DNA of 63,336 nt, the filler included, from Circinaria calcarea (lineage: Eukaryota): assembly GCA_051942165.1 (NCBI GenBank). It is 11 parts of 11 records of this genome, joined end to end, with 100 filler letters (N's around TTAATTAATTAA, not from the genome) between each part and the next. Parts side by side here need not be neighbours in the genome. Positions count along the whole stretch, not along the records: positions 11,567 to 17,237 come from JAVECS010001824.1; positions 17,338 to 23,006 come from JAVECS010001825.1; positions 23,107 to 28,773 come from JAVECS010001826.1; 8 more parts are not named here. One strand, written 5' to 3'. Under the pieces are notes generated by a model that saw only the letters and a list, made by a program, of their open reading frames with translations, ran no database searches and was not told the origin of the DNA. The position numbers were made by a program, and so were the translations under genes. Below are positions 12,308-25,875 of the stretch, piece after piece. Within the stretch, counting starts at the first letter, position 1. Every line of letters starts with the position of its first letter.

Positions 12308-14197
12308 TGCCTGAAGCTCGGGTGCTTATAGCCTTTGTCTATCTCTTTCCATGTTGCCGTAGCCCACCACAGGTGTCAATCTTGCATCAGTCTTTTCATA
12401 TTTACCTCCAGTTTCACTGAGCAGCATTTCACATGGCATAATTTGAATTTAGTTTTCCGGTCACAGATTGTTCACATACAAGTGCCCAGCTATCCCTCCT
12501 TCCTTTGTCGCTATAGCCTAGCCCTTTGCTCTAACTCGCAGCCTACAAATTTGCTGCCGTTCCGTGCTTCCAAGGCAATGGGATCCAGTTCTGATTTTTG
12601 TACAGCTTGTTTGGTCTTCCAAAAATCCGAGTTCAAGTGAAGAGCCCAACCAAAGCCTCAGGGGCCTCGACGCTTCCAAACAACTTTATGGCTAGTAGTA
12701 TGAATGTCTACAGTTTGGCGAGCAATACGAGTATTACTGTTTGCATTAAATTCCACTGCCACTAAACTATTCTGCAAAACCGCCCACCGGCTCCTCCCTC
12801 AAGCTCCTGGGTAACTGAGACTGAGCAGCCCATTCGCCTTCTAATACACCCGCTGGCTAATATCTCCATCAACTACTTCCTTCTTTCAAGCCTTTATGGA
12901 AACCTCATCCTCGACCTTTTCTACCCGGTTTTCTAGCAAAGACACTGGTGCACTCTTCTCACCGTCCGGCCTACCCCACCGCGCCCGTGTTGATTGGCAA
13001 CGATCTTGGTGTCCTTGATGTTTCATTGTCTTGGCACATGTTATGCTTGGGAAGGGGTGGTATTAGGCGGAGCGTTCAGGAGAAAACTGAGGGTTGCCAG
13101 AATAGGGTCGACGTTCTCGGGAATCTTCCGGGTGCTTTTCATGTAGGATATCACGGTATCACATGCAACTCTCGACACCGGTCTACCAAAGTCGTTTCCC
13201 CAAAGTAAGCCAGTTGAATGGAAGCACTGCCACCGACCCCCGTTCCTCTTTATCCGTAGATGAAGTCGATTGAAACCCCTGTCGCCAATTGCTTTTTCTA
13301 CTTTTATCTGGTGCGGGGTTGGTACATAATTCCGTAGGGGATGATCGTGGCGGCGGCCATTTTATAATGCACCCCACCTCGACCCTTTCCCCCAGGCAGC
13401 AAGGGGCACGAATAGAATACCCGTTCACCATTGGGGGTTGTGGCCAGTTCAATGTGCCGGATCGCCCGGCCTCGACTAACCATTTCGTGCAGGACGCGCC
13501 ATTCGAGTGCCATTGCTAGTATTCGGTTTGGTAGTTCTAGAACGATATCGGAGTTGGTCGAGAGGGGATGATGGCGAATGATGACATGGAACTTTCCGGC
13601 TGGAGTTTTATTGGGTGTGCGGTGGAGTGATTATGTGATGGGTGAACGGCGGTGGGGGACAGTTAGTTGGTTCCTGCTGCCTCGGATGGGAGTCAGCCAC
13701 CCATTGAATAGATATTTCTCGGAGTAATCGAGGGACCCGTATTCATCTTCATGTCATTGGCTGATTGTGCCTCTTTGAATCAGACGGTCGGACGGTTTAA
13801 CGTGGGGAGAAATGGCCCCGATAAGCAGTAGAGGAGAGCGCCAAGCTTTTGCCCTTTCCCTTTACCTTTACCTTTTCTCCCACACGCTCAGCTTATGGTA
13901 GTGACTAAATTCAGCGGCAGTTGGACTAAGCTAAGCAGGTCGCTCCACTAAATTAGTACCGCATCGGCAACTTTTGATATTCCTACTTCGTCCCCTGCGT
14001 CCCTTCGACAACATCACCCTTTGCTCCCACCAGGCAACAACAGAATACCGTTGGCCGGGCTTATCACGACAGCCTGCCATCACTTTTACCCTCCCACTTC
14101 CGACAGCTGCTGGCATAGCCACCCGTTGCACGTGAGGCCAGATTTGGCGTCGTCGGATCGTGCTGGCTGCCGTCGAGCCATCAGCATCGGCGGCTTC

Positions 14198-17100
14198 ATG
14201 CCACGAGGAGCGAAGAAGAACGCAAACCAGCATAACAACCGCCATGAAAACGGGATCGTCGCTCCCGGTAAGAGAATCACCAAGCAAAAGTCGAATGGGC
14301 ATTTGAACGCGAGCCCCGATGGGCGGACTAGGGAAACCACCCCTCTGCCCTCCCCCTCTGCTCTACCGCCAGCGTTGGCGCCGGATACCGCTATCAATGG
14401 ATCATCTACACCGGCAAAAGAACCTTCCAACGGCGACCTACGGCCAAAATACATGCCGCCCCATTTGCGAAAGAAGGTGGGAGAACATGAGTCAGAGACA
14501 TCCGAGGACCTGTTGGACGGAACGGAACTGCATCACAATGGGACTCATTCGATTAATCAAATGCAAGAGCAGCATCATCGCAGGATCGACGTCAACGCCG
14601 CCAAGAACCCAGCTGTACACGATAGCAGTGCGATGCACCTAGCTCTCACGATCCTCAAGTCATGCCCTCTGCGAGACACGCTCGCAATACTCATGGTTCT
14701 TCTGACGCTGCCTCCGACGTTCCTGACGCTGACAAATGCTCTTTTCGCCATTCTAACCTTCGTGCCGCCCTCGGGCTCTTTTTCAACTCTGCCGTCCCTT
14801 ACCGACATTACCCAGGGCTCTTCGGGTGCCCCGTCGTTTATCACCACCTGTATAACAGACATTCTCGGCATCTTATTGTGGCTCGTCATCTTCTCACCAG
14901 TACAAGCGCTTGCACTCGACCTCACTCAAGCGGTGGTTGCAACAACACTTGGAGGGGGTTATTCGAGCAGGACCGGGGGATCCGATAGTACCTTGCTGTG
15001 CATGTCGATCGTGGCCGCTACACATTTATCCCGCTACAAGGAGCCGGTTCTCCGGGTGGCTCAGCATACTTGGATAGGGAAATGGCTACCGATGCTTGAG
15101 GCTACGAATAAGGGTCCAATATCTTCGTCGGATGTTTTCACTTCGGGATGGTCGGTCGCTCGCGGAATTAAGATTTTCATTGCTCTCCACATTCTCATAC
15201 AAGGTCTTTGTCGTATGGTCCGACGATGGTACTTCAAGAGGGAATACGCGCAAGCTTCTTCAAGCAGTAAAAAAACGGATCCGGAAGCTGTCGCAGGTGC
15301 CCAGTCACTTTCAGAAAACTCGCCTTACATCGATCAAAGCAGCGCGATATCCATTTTATCTCCGGAAGTGACTTCGAAGGCTTCCCTACAAAGCCTGCGA
15401 TCAGCGCAAGATAAAGTTTCAAGCGGCAAAAAGAAGAGAAAGCAAGGGAGCTATGTTAGGAGCCAGCAACCATTATGGGCCGCCTTCGCCGCCACCAAAG
15501 TTACAGTGATACGGGAATACGAGCATTCCCAGGCAACTTCCGAAGCCGTAGGATCAAATGCAACCGATGCCAAGAATCTTGGCAGTGCTCCTTTTGCCAT
15601 TGAAGAAGACCGTATGTGGATTACCGTTGTACGACCTACCAGTTTCTATTTCGATACCAGTACATTTCACTACAGGGAGGTCACGGATGCTTTTGGAGAT
15701 GGCGAAGAGGGACTGGAAGACAGGGGTATCGATCGATCAAAGCCGTTCTATGTGCGCATCAATGGTGCCGACTGGCTTTCAACAAACATCCAAGTGGTTC
15801 CTAGCAGCGAGGATAAGTCGGATGACGGTCAGCAATGGACCGGTGAGGTGTACGGTCTCTCTCCCGCCTATACCTATAAGTGTAGTTTTGTCCGATGTGA
15901 GGATGATGTGGTGATACATTCTGCTGTTATCTCCACACCGTCCTCACCTATCACCGAACAAGGTACCTCCTCTTAGTGGTGTGAGAATGGCACATTGCAC
16001 TGACACTGCCGTTAGCATCCTCTTCTTTGACACCCCCTCAGCACCAGAATCTTCGCCCTTCATCCCCTGCCTCGCCGTTGACAACTCTCAAGACTTCTAT
16101 TGCAGCTTACGAAGCTAGTATAAACGACTCATCTGCTCAACAGCGAAGGCTTCGTAAAGACAACAAAGCTTCGTTGGCTGCTATCAAAAAGGACCTGGAT
16201 ATTCTTCAGGACAGATTAAATCGCATCAGCGCCATGGATAAAAATTTGCAGACACGTCAACTGCAGCAGAGTCAACACATGCGGCAAGCCGATGAGGCTA
16301 TCCTTTCGATTACTGATGAGCTGGAAACCATTGGCAAATATCCCGAGGAAGACTCGAGCGAGTGGCTGGAAAAGAAGTCGGTATGGGAAGTTCAAAAAGC
16401 CGAGCATCAAGCTATTCGAGAGAGCCTGTCGCAGCTAAAAGAGAAGCATCGCCGAGAAACGTCCATCATCGAATCAGAAGCCCTTTCGGCGCAACAAAAG
16501 CGGGAACGTCTGCAGCACCGAACCGCCAAGCTCAACGGCCAGCATGAGCGACTTCAGTCCTCCACTGCTGAAGGTCTCCATGAAAAGGAACGTCACAACA
16601 GTGAGCAGCACGCCAAGATCTCGGAGCGCTACAACCTCGAACTCCACTACAAGGAACAACTTGCCCATCTCGCCCGTGCCATTCAGGATTCCCAATATCG
16701 CTTCCGTCAAGCTTGGCAGCAAAGTGAGGTGCTCGCGACCGCCTTTGAACAACAGCAACTCATGACATCTCATTCCTCACTGACTAGCAGTCGTCCCATC
16801 ACCCCCGAAGGCGACCTCCCCGGCACCCTGCCTCATTCCGCCTCTAGCGCAGCTTTCCGCTTCCCCAATTTCGGCTCCCCGGACTCGCATCATCATCCTC
16901 TTTTTTCCAACGGAAACGCCCTCGCTTCCGCTTCTTCCTCTGCCGCCACTCCCCACCGTTACGAGAACCGTAGTATCAGTGATACCCGCCACGATGCCTC
17001 CTATCGCGCTCGCTCGACATCGATGCTTAGCGGGAATAGCGTCTACACGGACTTTTCAGATCAAGATCCGGCGCCGCCGATGCCGACGCGAGGCGCGGTT

Positions 17101-17237
17101 GAGGAAATGAGGCAGCATAGCGGCAGCAGTGGGAGTGTAGGGAGTAAACAGGGGAGTAGCAGCCCAATGAGTCCGGCCGGTGGTGTTCTGGGCGGGGGAT
17201 GGGGTTCTGGAGGTGCTTCGATGTGGAAGGGGAAGGG
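14198..17237 (+). CDS. acrB: Ubiquitination network signalling protein AcrB homolog (TM segments plus C-terminal coiled coil); truncated by the gap; intron 15963-16015
   Basis: MPRGAKK..NNRHENG..PGKRITKQKSNGHLN, KSCPLRDTLAILMVLLTLPP, VRSQQPLWAAFAATK and FYVRINGADW match my recollection of Aspergillus AcrB. A GT-AG intron joins ORFs 14021 and 16027 in frame. Confidence 0.8.
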
Positions 17238-17337
17238 NNNNNNNNNNNNNNNNNNNNNNNNNNNNNNNNNNNNNNNNNNNNTTAATTAATTAANNNNNNN
17301 NNNNNNNNNNNNNNNNNNNNNNNNNNNNNNNNNNNNN
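17238..17337. other. Artificial contig linker
   Basis: 44N-TTAATTAATTAA-44N. Confidence 0.98.
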
Positions 17338-18518
17338 GAAAACGGTTCCGTTCATAGGAGTTATGGCAAAGGGAGCATCTAGGAGTTCCAGGGATTTTTG
17401 CAACCTCCGAAGCCTCCATAACAGAGTAACAGCGAAATAGCCAAAAGGACCAAAAATGCACTTAGGCTTGTCATGGTCTCCCGAAACCCGAATGACTCAC
17501 CCCACACCACTTAATCCCCAATCCCCCTTCCCAGCCACTAGTTCTCAGCCGGACGGCACCCACCTCCGCGCCTAAAAATAACACCAACTTCTTCAACCAC
17601 AGTCCACACACGCCCGGAATTCCAGCCCCTTCTGCCCCTTCTGCCCCTTCTGCCCACTTCTGAGAATTTCCATGATAATCCAGCGCGGGGAGGGGGAGTG
17701 GCTAGAAACTAATACTGTAAATTAGTGTGATACGGGAAAGAAAAATACTTGGCCCGAGAAAGCGGGGGTCCGGTCCGGTTCGGTTTCTCTTTTTCTCGTT
17801 TTTTTTGTGGAAATTGGCCAAGAAGAAGGGAAAAGGAAAAAGAAGAGAAAAACAGAGAGGAGAGAGGATGCAAACACCGACTTTGAACAGAGACGCGTCC
17901 AGGGGAATCCGCATAACGAGGGGGGAGGGGGAAAGGGAAGGCTCCGGGGAAGGAAAGAATGGTACCGAAACCCCTCTGGGGTTAGGGCTGTGAAAGTCAC
18001 ATGTCTGGAGGGAGATTGATTAGGGGAGTGGGTAGAGGTTCTCGGTAGGGACTCGGTAGGGTAGTTGTCTGCGACTAGGAAAGCCATCCAGGCTGGAATA
18101 TGATGCGCATGTCCTAATTTGCACGGTGCCTCAGGACTCGCGAAATATGTAGCTGAATTTTCCGCTGGTTTGCCAAAGGTAGCACTAAGATTGAGAAAAA
18201 GATACAAATGACATGGTCTCCAGTTGATTGGATCCCTGCTAATACTCAGTGAATATTGTCGGCAACTCGCAAACTCCCTCACCGTAATCATGGTTTGAAT
18301 GTGCTGCCCGGTGAGAATTCCAAAAGTCCCAACCTTTGCCAACTTCCCGCTCATTATTTGAAGCTTGAATACTTCCGCGTAAGTTAGGCGACCTTTGGGA
18401 AAACACGCCCACTTGGAGGGAAAATCAATAATGTGACGTCGCACTCCGATACAAGGTTCCCTCTTCCTAGCGTTTTCCCGTTGTAAGGCTCGAGTTCGTT
18501 GGCTGGACCTGTCCAAGA

Positions 18519-19737
18519 TTATTTTTGCTGAGATATGGTAATATTTGCGTGCGGAGGTAGGGCGTTGAATCCAGATAGTTCTCTCTTCACTCGCCCCCGA
18601 GCATGTGGAGCTCTGTAATATGCTCTGCCCCCTTTGCCTGGTCGTAGTGGAGTTTGAATGCACTTATTCATCAGTGTATTCACTGCAGTGCGGATTTGCT
18701 CCCAGTTTAGTACAAGGCTGATACTGGCAGAGATGGCGAGAACACATGTGTCTGTCAAGAGAGGAGTTAGTGCCTGTGATGTTGGTGTAAGAACTTGGAC
18801 CTGATGCCTACTTGAGCGTAAGTACTTTGTGGAACCCGGTGCTACTGCAACCGTATCAGACATGGCGCCAAGTTGCTGCCACTCAATTTTCGAGCAATCA
18901 GCCGTGGTAGGGCTTCCGAGGTTCGTATCGCATTCATAGGCCATCTGGTTGATTTCGGGATTGGAGACCTTTGGGAATATCTGCCACCAAGCACCTTGGC
19001 CGGCTTTAGACATGCCTACTCCACAGAGATCCCACAAATGCGCTGCAGCTGTGTAGAGATCTGGGGAGTTCATCGTGTTGATCACCGTACCTAGCGCACC
19101 CGCAACATATCGAGAAATCAGGAACGGAATCGCTGGATCGGTGTCGCCGGGTTTTCCCACCGGGGTACCCGGCGTTCTTGGACCGCTCACGGTGACTGTG
19201 GTGAATGCGGTGGACGGTGCTGTATTATTGCTGTGCCTTAGCGGAAGTAAATAGGTTCGGCTTCGGCGACTAGGATATCTTACGAAAGTGGGACCCCAGA
19301 CTGGGATCTGCTTGATTCTCGATTACGAAATCGAGGAGGTGGTTGAACCCAATTGTAACAAATCCTCCTAAGCCATGTTGACCTCCGACACATTGCCCAA
19401 TCACCCAATCAGCCGCGGAACGAATTGCATTTGGAGCAATCGTGATCGCAGAAGTCCGAGTAGGTCCTGCTGCCTCAACCGAGATGTGGCAATCACCTGG
19501 GTTCGGATTGGTCTTGATGCCTTGGTGCTCAATTCATGGACATGACTCACCGTATTCTAGGGAGATCGGGAAGCTGACCGGATGCCCTTCGTGAACTAAC
19601 GAGAAGGCAACCGGCCTGGAGCCACCTGGAAGATTAGCCGCTGTTGCCCGGCATGCAGCTAAACTTAGACGTGTCCCATAGGCTTCACTGCAGAGAAAGA
19701 AGTCAGGAGGGACTGGTTCGGTATAGCGGAGGGACAT
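18519..19737 (-). CDS. Hypothetical protein with two tandem 4-Cys domains; 3 probable introns
   Basis: GT-AG introns join MSLRYTEP..FFLCSEAYG..AACR..LEYG|DCHISVEAAG..QCVGG..GGFVT..|PPSTAFTTVTVSGP.. to ORF 18519..19190. That ORF also contains an in-frame intron at about 18752-18811. Confidence 0.65.
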
Positions 19738-20489
19738 TGTCGTAGCAAGTTAGGCGTGAGATGGGTTAATGTGTAACCTTCCAGGACTTCTTGGAATCAT
19801 ATACCTGACCAGACTGTGTAAACGCGATAGCAGCATAGCGGGCAGCTTATTGTCCTCCAGATGCGTTATCTGAAACCAATTCGGTTTCTTTGGCGCATGT
19901 CGTGTCTCAAGTCTGATGGATGGCATTTGTTTTGTACCATGAAGAAGCGCATCTCGTCTGCTAAGATGGACAACTGAAGAACCTGTATAACATGATCGAG
20001 GAAAAGGGCTTACCAGGTCGACTATAGAAGATATACCTTAAGTTTCCAATCTAGCCAAGCGGGAGCACTTGACACATTGACAACGCCATAATAGGAGCCA
20101 CCAGGCCGCCGAGACAGTTGTACCTGGTGAAAGCTGCACTGATGTCTCCGAAGTTGGTTAATACCCTACTGAAGGGCATCTCTTTTGCTGTAGATAGTCG
20201 TGTTGTCATCGTGACAGGTACAGGAATCAAATCATTCAACGGGGTACAATAGTAGCTCCAATGATACTTGTCGAGCATCATCCTTTGCAGTGCAGTGAGT
20301 ATGCGCCCAATCTGAAGATCAGATGGAGCACGAGAGGTTCCCGCCAAAGTACGGAGCTTCACCCGCTGTCAGGGAGTTATGTCGGAGTTTACAGCCCTGT
20401 CGACTAGCGAGGCACGCTAGAAGGTTTCAATCATCTTCAGCATAACCGGACTAATCTCTGAAGGAGTACAGCTATATCGAGCATTCAAC

Positions 20490-22579
20490 ATGAAGCGGAA
20501 GCTCAACGAAGACGACGTGCCGACTCCAGTGGTGCTAGCTACACCGGAGAATAAGACCAGTCGGACCTTTGAAGAATTGGGCCTGGACTCCCGCATTTTG
20601 CAAGCCATAGCCAAAGAAGGATTTCTACAGCCCACGCCTGTTCAGGCGCAATCGGTGCCATTGGCATTGGAAGGAAAAGACATCCTCGGTCAGTCCTATC
20701 TTATATCAACCCGGTAAACTGACGGCGTAGCTAAGAGTCGCAGCTCGCGCAAGCACTGGATCCGGGAAGACCGCGGCGTATGTGCTCCCAATCCTGGATG
20801 CTATCCTGCGTCGGAAAGCGGTAAATTACTCCCAGGGGTTTAATCAATAATATTCTGACCTGAACGGACAGGTCGAGCCTCTTGTCAAGGCAACCACGGC
20901 CCTCGTTCTTGTTCCCACCCGTGAGCTCGCCGAACAGGTCTCAAGAGCGATCAAAACATTCTCTGCATACTGCACGAAGGACATTCAAACCCTGAATCTG
21001 ACACAGAAGACATCAGATGCAGTGCAACGTGCCCTGCTGGCCGATTCACCAGACATTGTCGTGGCCACGCCAGCTCGCGCCTCTCTGAAACTGAGTGCCT
21101 CGGCCCTATCGGTAGAGAATTTGGCGCATTTGGTTATCGATGAGGCAGATCTGGTGTTGTCATATGGGTATGAGGAAGATCTGCAAAATGTCGCAAAGGT
21201 GATACCGCAAGGGGTGCAGACATTCTTAATGAGTGCTACCTTGACGACAGAAGTGGAGACCCTGAAAGGGCTTTTCTGCAGGGACCCTATTATTCTCGAA
21301 TTGGAAGAAGCCGCAGGAGACGATGCTGGGGTGAGCCAATATGTAGTCAGGTACGTTTAAGAGCAGGATACACATAGAGTTGTCGTGTAAATGCTGATCT
21401 CATGGCAAACTTAGATGCGCGGAGGACGAGAAATTCCTATTAGTCTATGTGATATTCAAGTTGAAGCTCATCAAGGGGAAGTGTATTGTCTTTGTCGGCG
21501 ATATCGATAGGTGCTACAGACTGAAGCTGTTCCTTGAGCAATTTGGTACGAAAAGCTGTGTACTAAATTCCGAGCTACCTGTGAATTCGCGAATCCATGT
21601 GGTCGAGGAGTTCAATAAGAATGTCTACGATATTATCATAGCTACGGATGAACAAGAGATATCAGGGACTGCTGAGAGCAGCAGCTCTAAGAAAACCAAG
21701 GTCAGAAAGACGGATTCTAAATCACTCAATGGTGAGAATGCCGTTGTCGAAGATGGTGTTACCAATAGTGGGCTACCTACGGAGGAAGTGGATGACAAAG
21801 TTGGCAAGTCGCAGCTCGAAGCAGAGAGTCAATCAAATGAACCCATCAAGAAGAAGCGCCGCATTGCGAAGAAAGATAAAGAATACGGAATCTCCCGTGG
21901 TATCGACTTCCAAAATGTTGCCTGCATCTTAAATTTCGACCTACCTACCACCTCAAAAGCTTACACTCACCGCATTGGACGTACCGCCCGCGCAGGAAAA
22001 ACAGGAATGGCCCTCTCTTTTGTGATTCCCGCCGATCTTTATCACAAACATAAGCCTACCTCCTTTCCCACCGCCCAACACGATGAAAAGGTCTTGGCCA
22101 GAATCATGAAACAACAAGCCCAATCCGGCAAAGACGTCAAACCTTATCACTTTGACATGAAACAAGTCGATGCTTTTCGTTACCGCATGACCGATGCCTT
22201 ACGCGCCGTTACCCGCCTCGCCATCCGCGAAGCCCGCACGCGCGAGCTCAGGCAAGAACTCGTCAAATCCGAAAAGCTAAAACGACACTTTGAAGAAAAT
22301 CCCGACGATCTTCGTCATCTCAGGCACGACGGAGAGTTGAGGGCTGCGAGGGTGCAGCCGCATTTGAAACATGTACCGGACTATCTGATGCCGAGCAATG
22401 GGAATCAGGGGATTGGGGGAAAAGATGTCGGATTTGTTGGGATGGGCAAAGTGAGCGAAAATCGCATCAGGAAGGCACGAGCGCAGAAAAGAGCTGGAGG
22501 AAAGGGGCGAAAGCTAGCGGCGAGAAAGGGAGATCCTTTGAAGACGTTCAATGCTAAAGGGAGGCGCTCAGGTGCATGA
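20490..22579 (+). CDS. DBP9: DEAD-box ATP-dependent RNA helicase Dbp9 (DDX56); 3 introns
   Basis: MKRKL start, Q motif, [52 protein letters not shown], and the Dbp9-specific HLKHVPDYL and KGDPLKTF. Confidence 0.95.
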
Positions 22580-22936
22580 TTGCAAGACATGGCATAGCGC
22601 TCCGAATTTCAAGCATGAATAATTTTGACTGGGAGCAAAAAAGCAGAGAATGTGTGAACTGAACGAGCAAGTTACTCTTGGAGCCGGCATCATGGATATA
22701 AACGGATTCACACCGAGATGCCACTAACGGTTGAAGTCTCAGCACAGGGGTCTCCCCCACCCCCCTCTTTTTTTCCCCGTCTCCAGCATGAAAGCCATCA
22801 ACTTTGCTCTCTCTCTCTCGGAGGGAGACCTATCCCCTATCAATCCCTACAGATCGAACCCCTCCCCTTTGTAAAATCCCCTAGAGAATTATCAACATCT
22901 CACCGCCCACCATTCCATTTTCCTCGGATAGCCAAG

Positions 22937-23006
22937 CAAATAGATCCCCTCCCCTCACAACTTACGGAACCCAAGCCGTAAGTTGTGAGGGGAGGGGATC
23001 TATTTG
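22937..23006. repeat. Perfect 31-bp inverted repeat with 8-nt loop ending exactly at the contig end
   Basis: CAAATAGATCCCCTCCCCTCACAACTTACGG (22937-22967), loop AACCCAAG, exact reverse complement (22976-23006). Confidence 0.9.
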
Positions 23007-23106
23007 NNNNNNNNNNNNNNNNNNNNNNNNNNNNNNNNNNNNNNNNNNNNTTAATTAATTAANNNNNNNNNNNNNNNNNNNNNNNNNNNNNNNNNNNNNN
23101 NNNNNN
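23007..23106. other. Artificial contig linker
   Basis: 44N-TTAATTAATTAA-44N. Confidence 0.98.
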
Positions 23107-25869
23107 CCGACCGTAAATGCCCCACTAACAACAGGCCTAGAAACCCCCTTAGCTCGGGGCTTCACCACAAACTTAGGGGTCCTTTTTACGCGAGCGACTA
23201 TGGTGGGTAAATCGGTAACGTCCGAACTTTTTTGTCACCCGCGTGCCGGTTCTGCAGCGTAGGGGGAAGCGTGATTGATTACTTTCGGACCGGATCATGT
23301 ATTTCCCTAGCGCATCCTCAGACTCCTCTCGAGTGAACTCTAATTTCAGTCGCCGGCCTACCATAAGGTATCACGGTATGTGGACGCGAGAGACGGCCCA
23401 TGCCTTTCCAGATACTCCGTACGCCACCCTTCTTTCGAGCTGATGGCGGACAGAATAATAGGTGGTTTAGCCGATCGAGGTCGATCGTTCGCCCCCGCTC
23501 GCAGAGGAATCAGGCGGTAGCTTAGTGAGGAGAGGTCCGAGCACCATGTTGGATTGCCATCATCGGTCTGATTCGATGGGATTTGGCTACAGCCGATAGT
23601 TTTGCGGAGAAACAGCGTGGGGAACGCCGTCTGACAGCGGGCAGGTACATGGTAAACCCCTCTCCTATGCACTCCTTCGTGCGACACGTATGGAATTGGC
23701 TTGGGTGGTCAATCCTCTTGCCACTGGGTTGATTGGTAGCAGCAGCATGCTCAACCGCATGATCCCGGTGGCTTCAAATGCGGACCATTCCAGTTTGGTC
23801 ATCAGGGTCTGGGCAAACCATCGCTGTCCGCCACCATCCCACCCTCGTAACTGCATGTAGCTAGAGGGAGAGCGCCCCTTGAGTCGCGGAAGGCGCTGCA
23901 TGCGATGGAAAATTCAGGAATTGGCCAATCGACGAGTGCGAGAGGTGCGCCCGTGGAAGAGGGCAGTCCCAGTGCCTCGCAGCTCAATCGTCAGGAATCA
24001 AAGCCGCTTTGCCTTTCCAGCCAAGCTTTCTCTCCGCTCCTAATGTGTGAAATTGATTTGACCGGTTCCCTGTCAGTGATCGCCCTCGTCCCGCAATACA
24101 GTAGTTTCGAGTATATGGAACCAACTGCTCAATCTCCAGAATACCACCGTCGGGGGGTTGAGGGTCCAACCCAGCCTATGGAGTAGTGTACTCTGTACGG
24201 AGGGCGAAATGGGACAAATCCATAAAGTGCGACGATGATCGAAAAGCAGGGAAAAGCTTCGATTAGCTTTCACCAGAGCCATCAGGCGATCGCTGATGCG
24301 TCTTTTTGTTGTGCGACCGTGGAATCACTGCCGGACGTTTGCTCAGAGGCCCAACGAAAAATCCGAGGGACCGAAGTGCGTGGTGCTTCGGAATTCCCTT
24401 CGCAGAGCCTTTGTGCTTGCTGATTGGTCAAGGCGGAATGTTCCAGGCAATCCCTCACCCTCACCCTCACCCTCATACACCGGCCGTACCTTGACTCTAT
24501 GGCTTTTCTCGGAGATATTCTCTGAAGCGGCGCCAATATAATCTCGTAAGCTGCATTTGCCCCCTGGGGCCTGCCGGCTGGAATACCGACGCTCGAATGG
24601 GAAAATTTGGAAATTATACCAAAGGAGGGTGGAGGATTGTGCTGGCATCTGCGGAATTGCCTCATCGTGTTACTTAGCCAGGTCGCACCCGTCGCCTGCT
24701 TCTCCAGTTTCCCTTCTCCACCATGATTGATGGGAGTCTGGGCAGAGGCGGTGGGCGGGCCAATCAGCAGGGCAGTGTGCCTCGTGCCTTGCATAGAGCC
24801 AATCCAGGCAACCTTGGCCGATTCCGCTCAAGGCATTCGTCGTAGTCGTTGTCGTCGTCGTGGTGAAACCACTCAGCATGTGCCCAGCAGCAGAACGTTG
24901 GTCTGCTCCAACGTTTTCTTCCCAGATGGCTCCACGACGCGAAGCCGCTCCAGAACCGACTCCCCGATAAATACAATCATGTACGGAGTAGGTATGCCCT
25001 CGGGAACTATGTTCGTTCCATCGCGATGCACTGCTTCCCACTTGACACTTGCCCTAGACTGCATCGAGTCGTCCTTGTAACAGAATCGTTTGGCCCTTGG
25101 GAACTTGGGAATGCCGCCGTAGCCCTGGCACAAATAATGGAGAAAACACGAAAGAGAACGCCATACTTCCACATTTTGCCCCAACCCAATGCCACTACGG
25201 AGTGCCTTACCATACCCCACGTCTCTCCTCCCCTTAGTCTTGCGAGCAGACGGGTCGACGAGGAATTTAATGCGATCACGCAAGGCCAAGTAATCGACAT
25301 ACATAATAACACACTACGGTATCCTAACGATCCTTGTTGATTTGACCTGCAGGCTTCGTAAGTCCGACTCCCTCCCTTATTGTACTCCGTAGCCTACTGC
25401 AGAATGGAGAGAGGGAGAGGGAGAGGGAGAGGGGAAAGGTCATTATCCACAGGAATTAGCCCGCCATCGCTTCCCCTGCGCTTCCATCTGGGCTGCAACC
25501 TGTCCCAGAATCGTTTGGCCTGCAACACCAGATGGTGCGGCACACCTCATGCCCTCAATGGTCATTCGTCCAGCAGGATGGGAGATGCATGTAGCCTGCA
25601 TGACAATTTCTAAATTATACAAAGCTCCCCCTCCCTCACCACCTCTACACCATCCAGACTTCAACCCTTCCTCCTTCCACCACCGGCCCTTGAGGAGAAT
25701 GAACCTTCAGCATCGTAGGTTTGCAATTCTCTTGGGCAGTCGTCTATACCATCATCATCATCGTTCATACCGGTAGCCTGGAGGGACTATCTGAGTCATC
25801 AGACCATTTGATCCCGTCAACACATCCTTCATCAAGGCAGCCATTACAGCCACAACCCTTTCGATCCCA

Positions 25870-25875
25870 TATAAA
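25870..25875 (+). promoter_or_regulatory. Candidate TATA box of the Ecl1-family gene
   Basis: TATAAA about 145 nt upstream of ATG 26019, followed by a pyrimidine-rich leader. Confidence 0.45.

Noticed and set aside
12500..13700. Broken protein-like fragments on the minus strand upstream of acrB
   Set aside because: Too degenerate to assign; no recognisable family.
14021..14197. Non-AUG N-terminal extension of acrB
   Set aside because: The frame is open, but family similarity starts at ATG 14198 and there is no other support.
17722..18663. 313-aa minus-strand ORF
   Set aside because: Overlaps the 3' end of another gene in a different frame, runs through low-complexity purine/pyrimidine tracts, and has no motif.
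23173..25780. Many short ORFs on both strands, including possible uORFs of the Ecl1-family gene
   Set aside because: No motifs or consistent splice pattern, and they lie upstream of the candidate TATA box.
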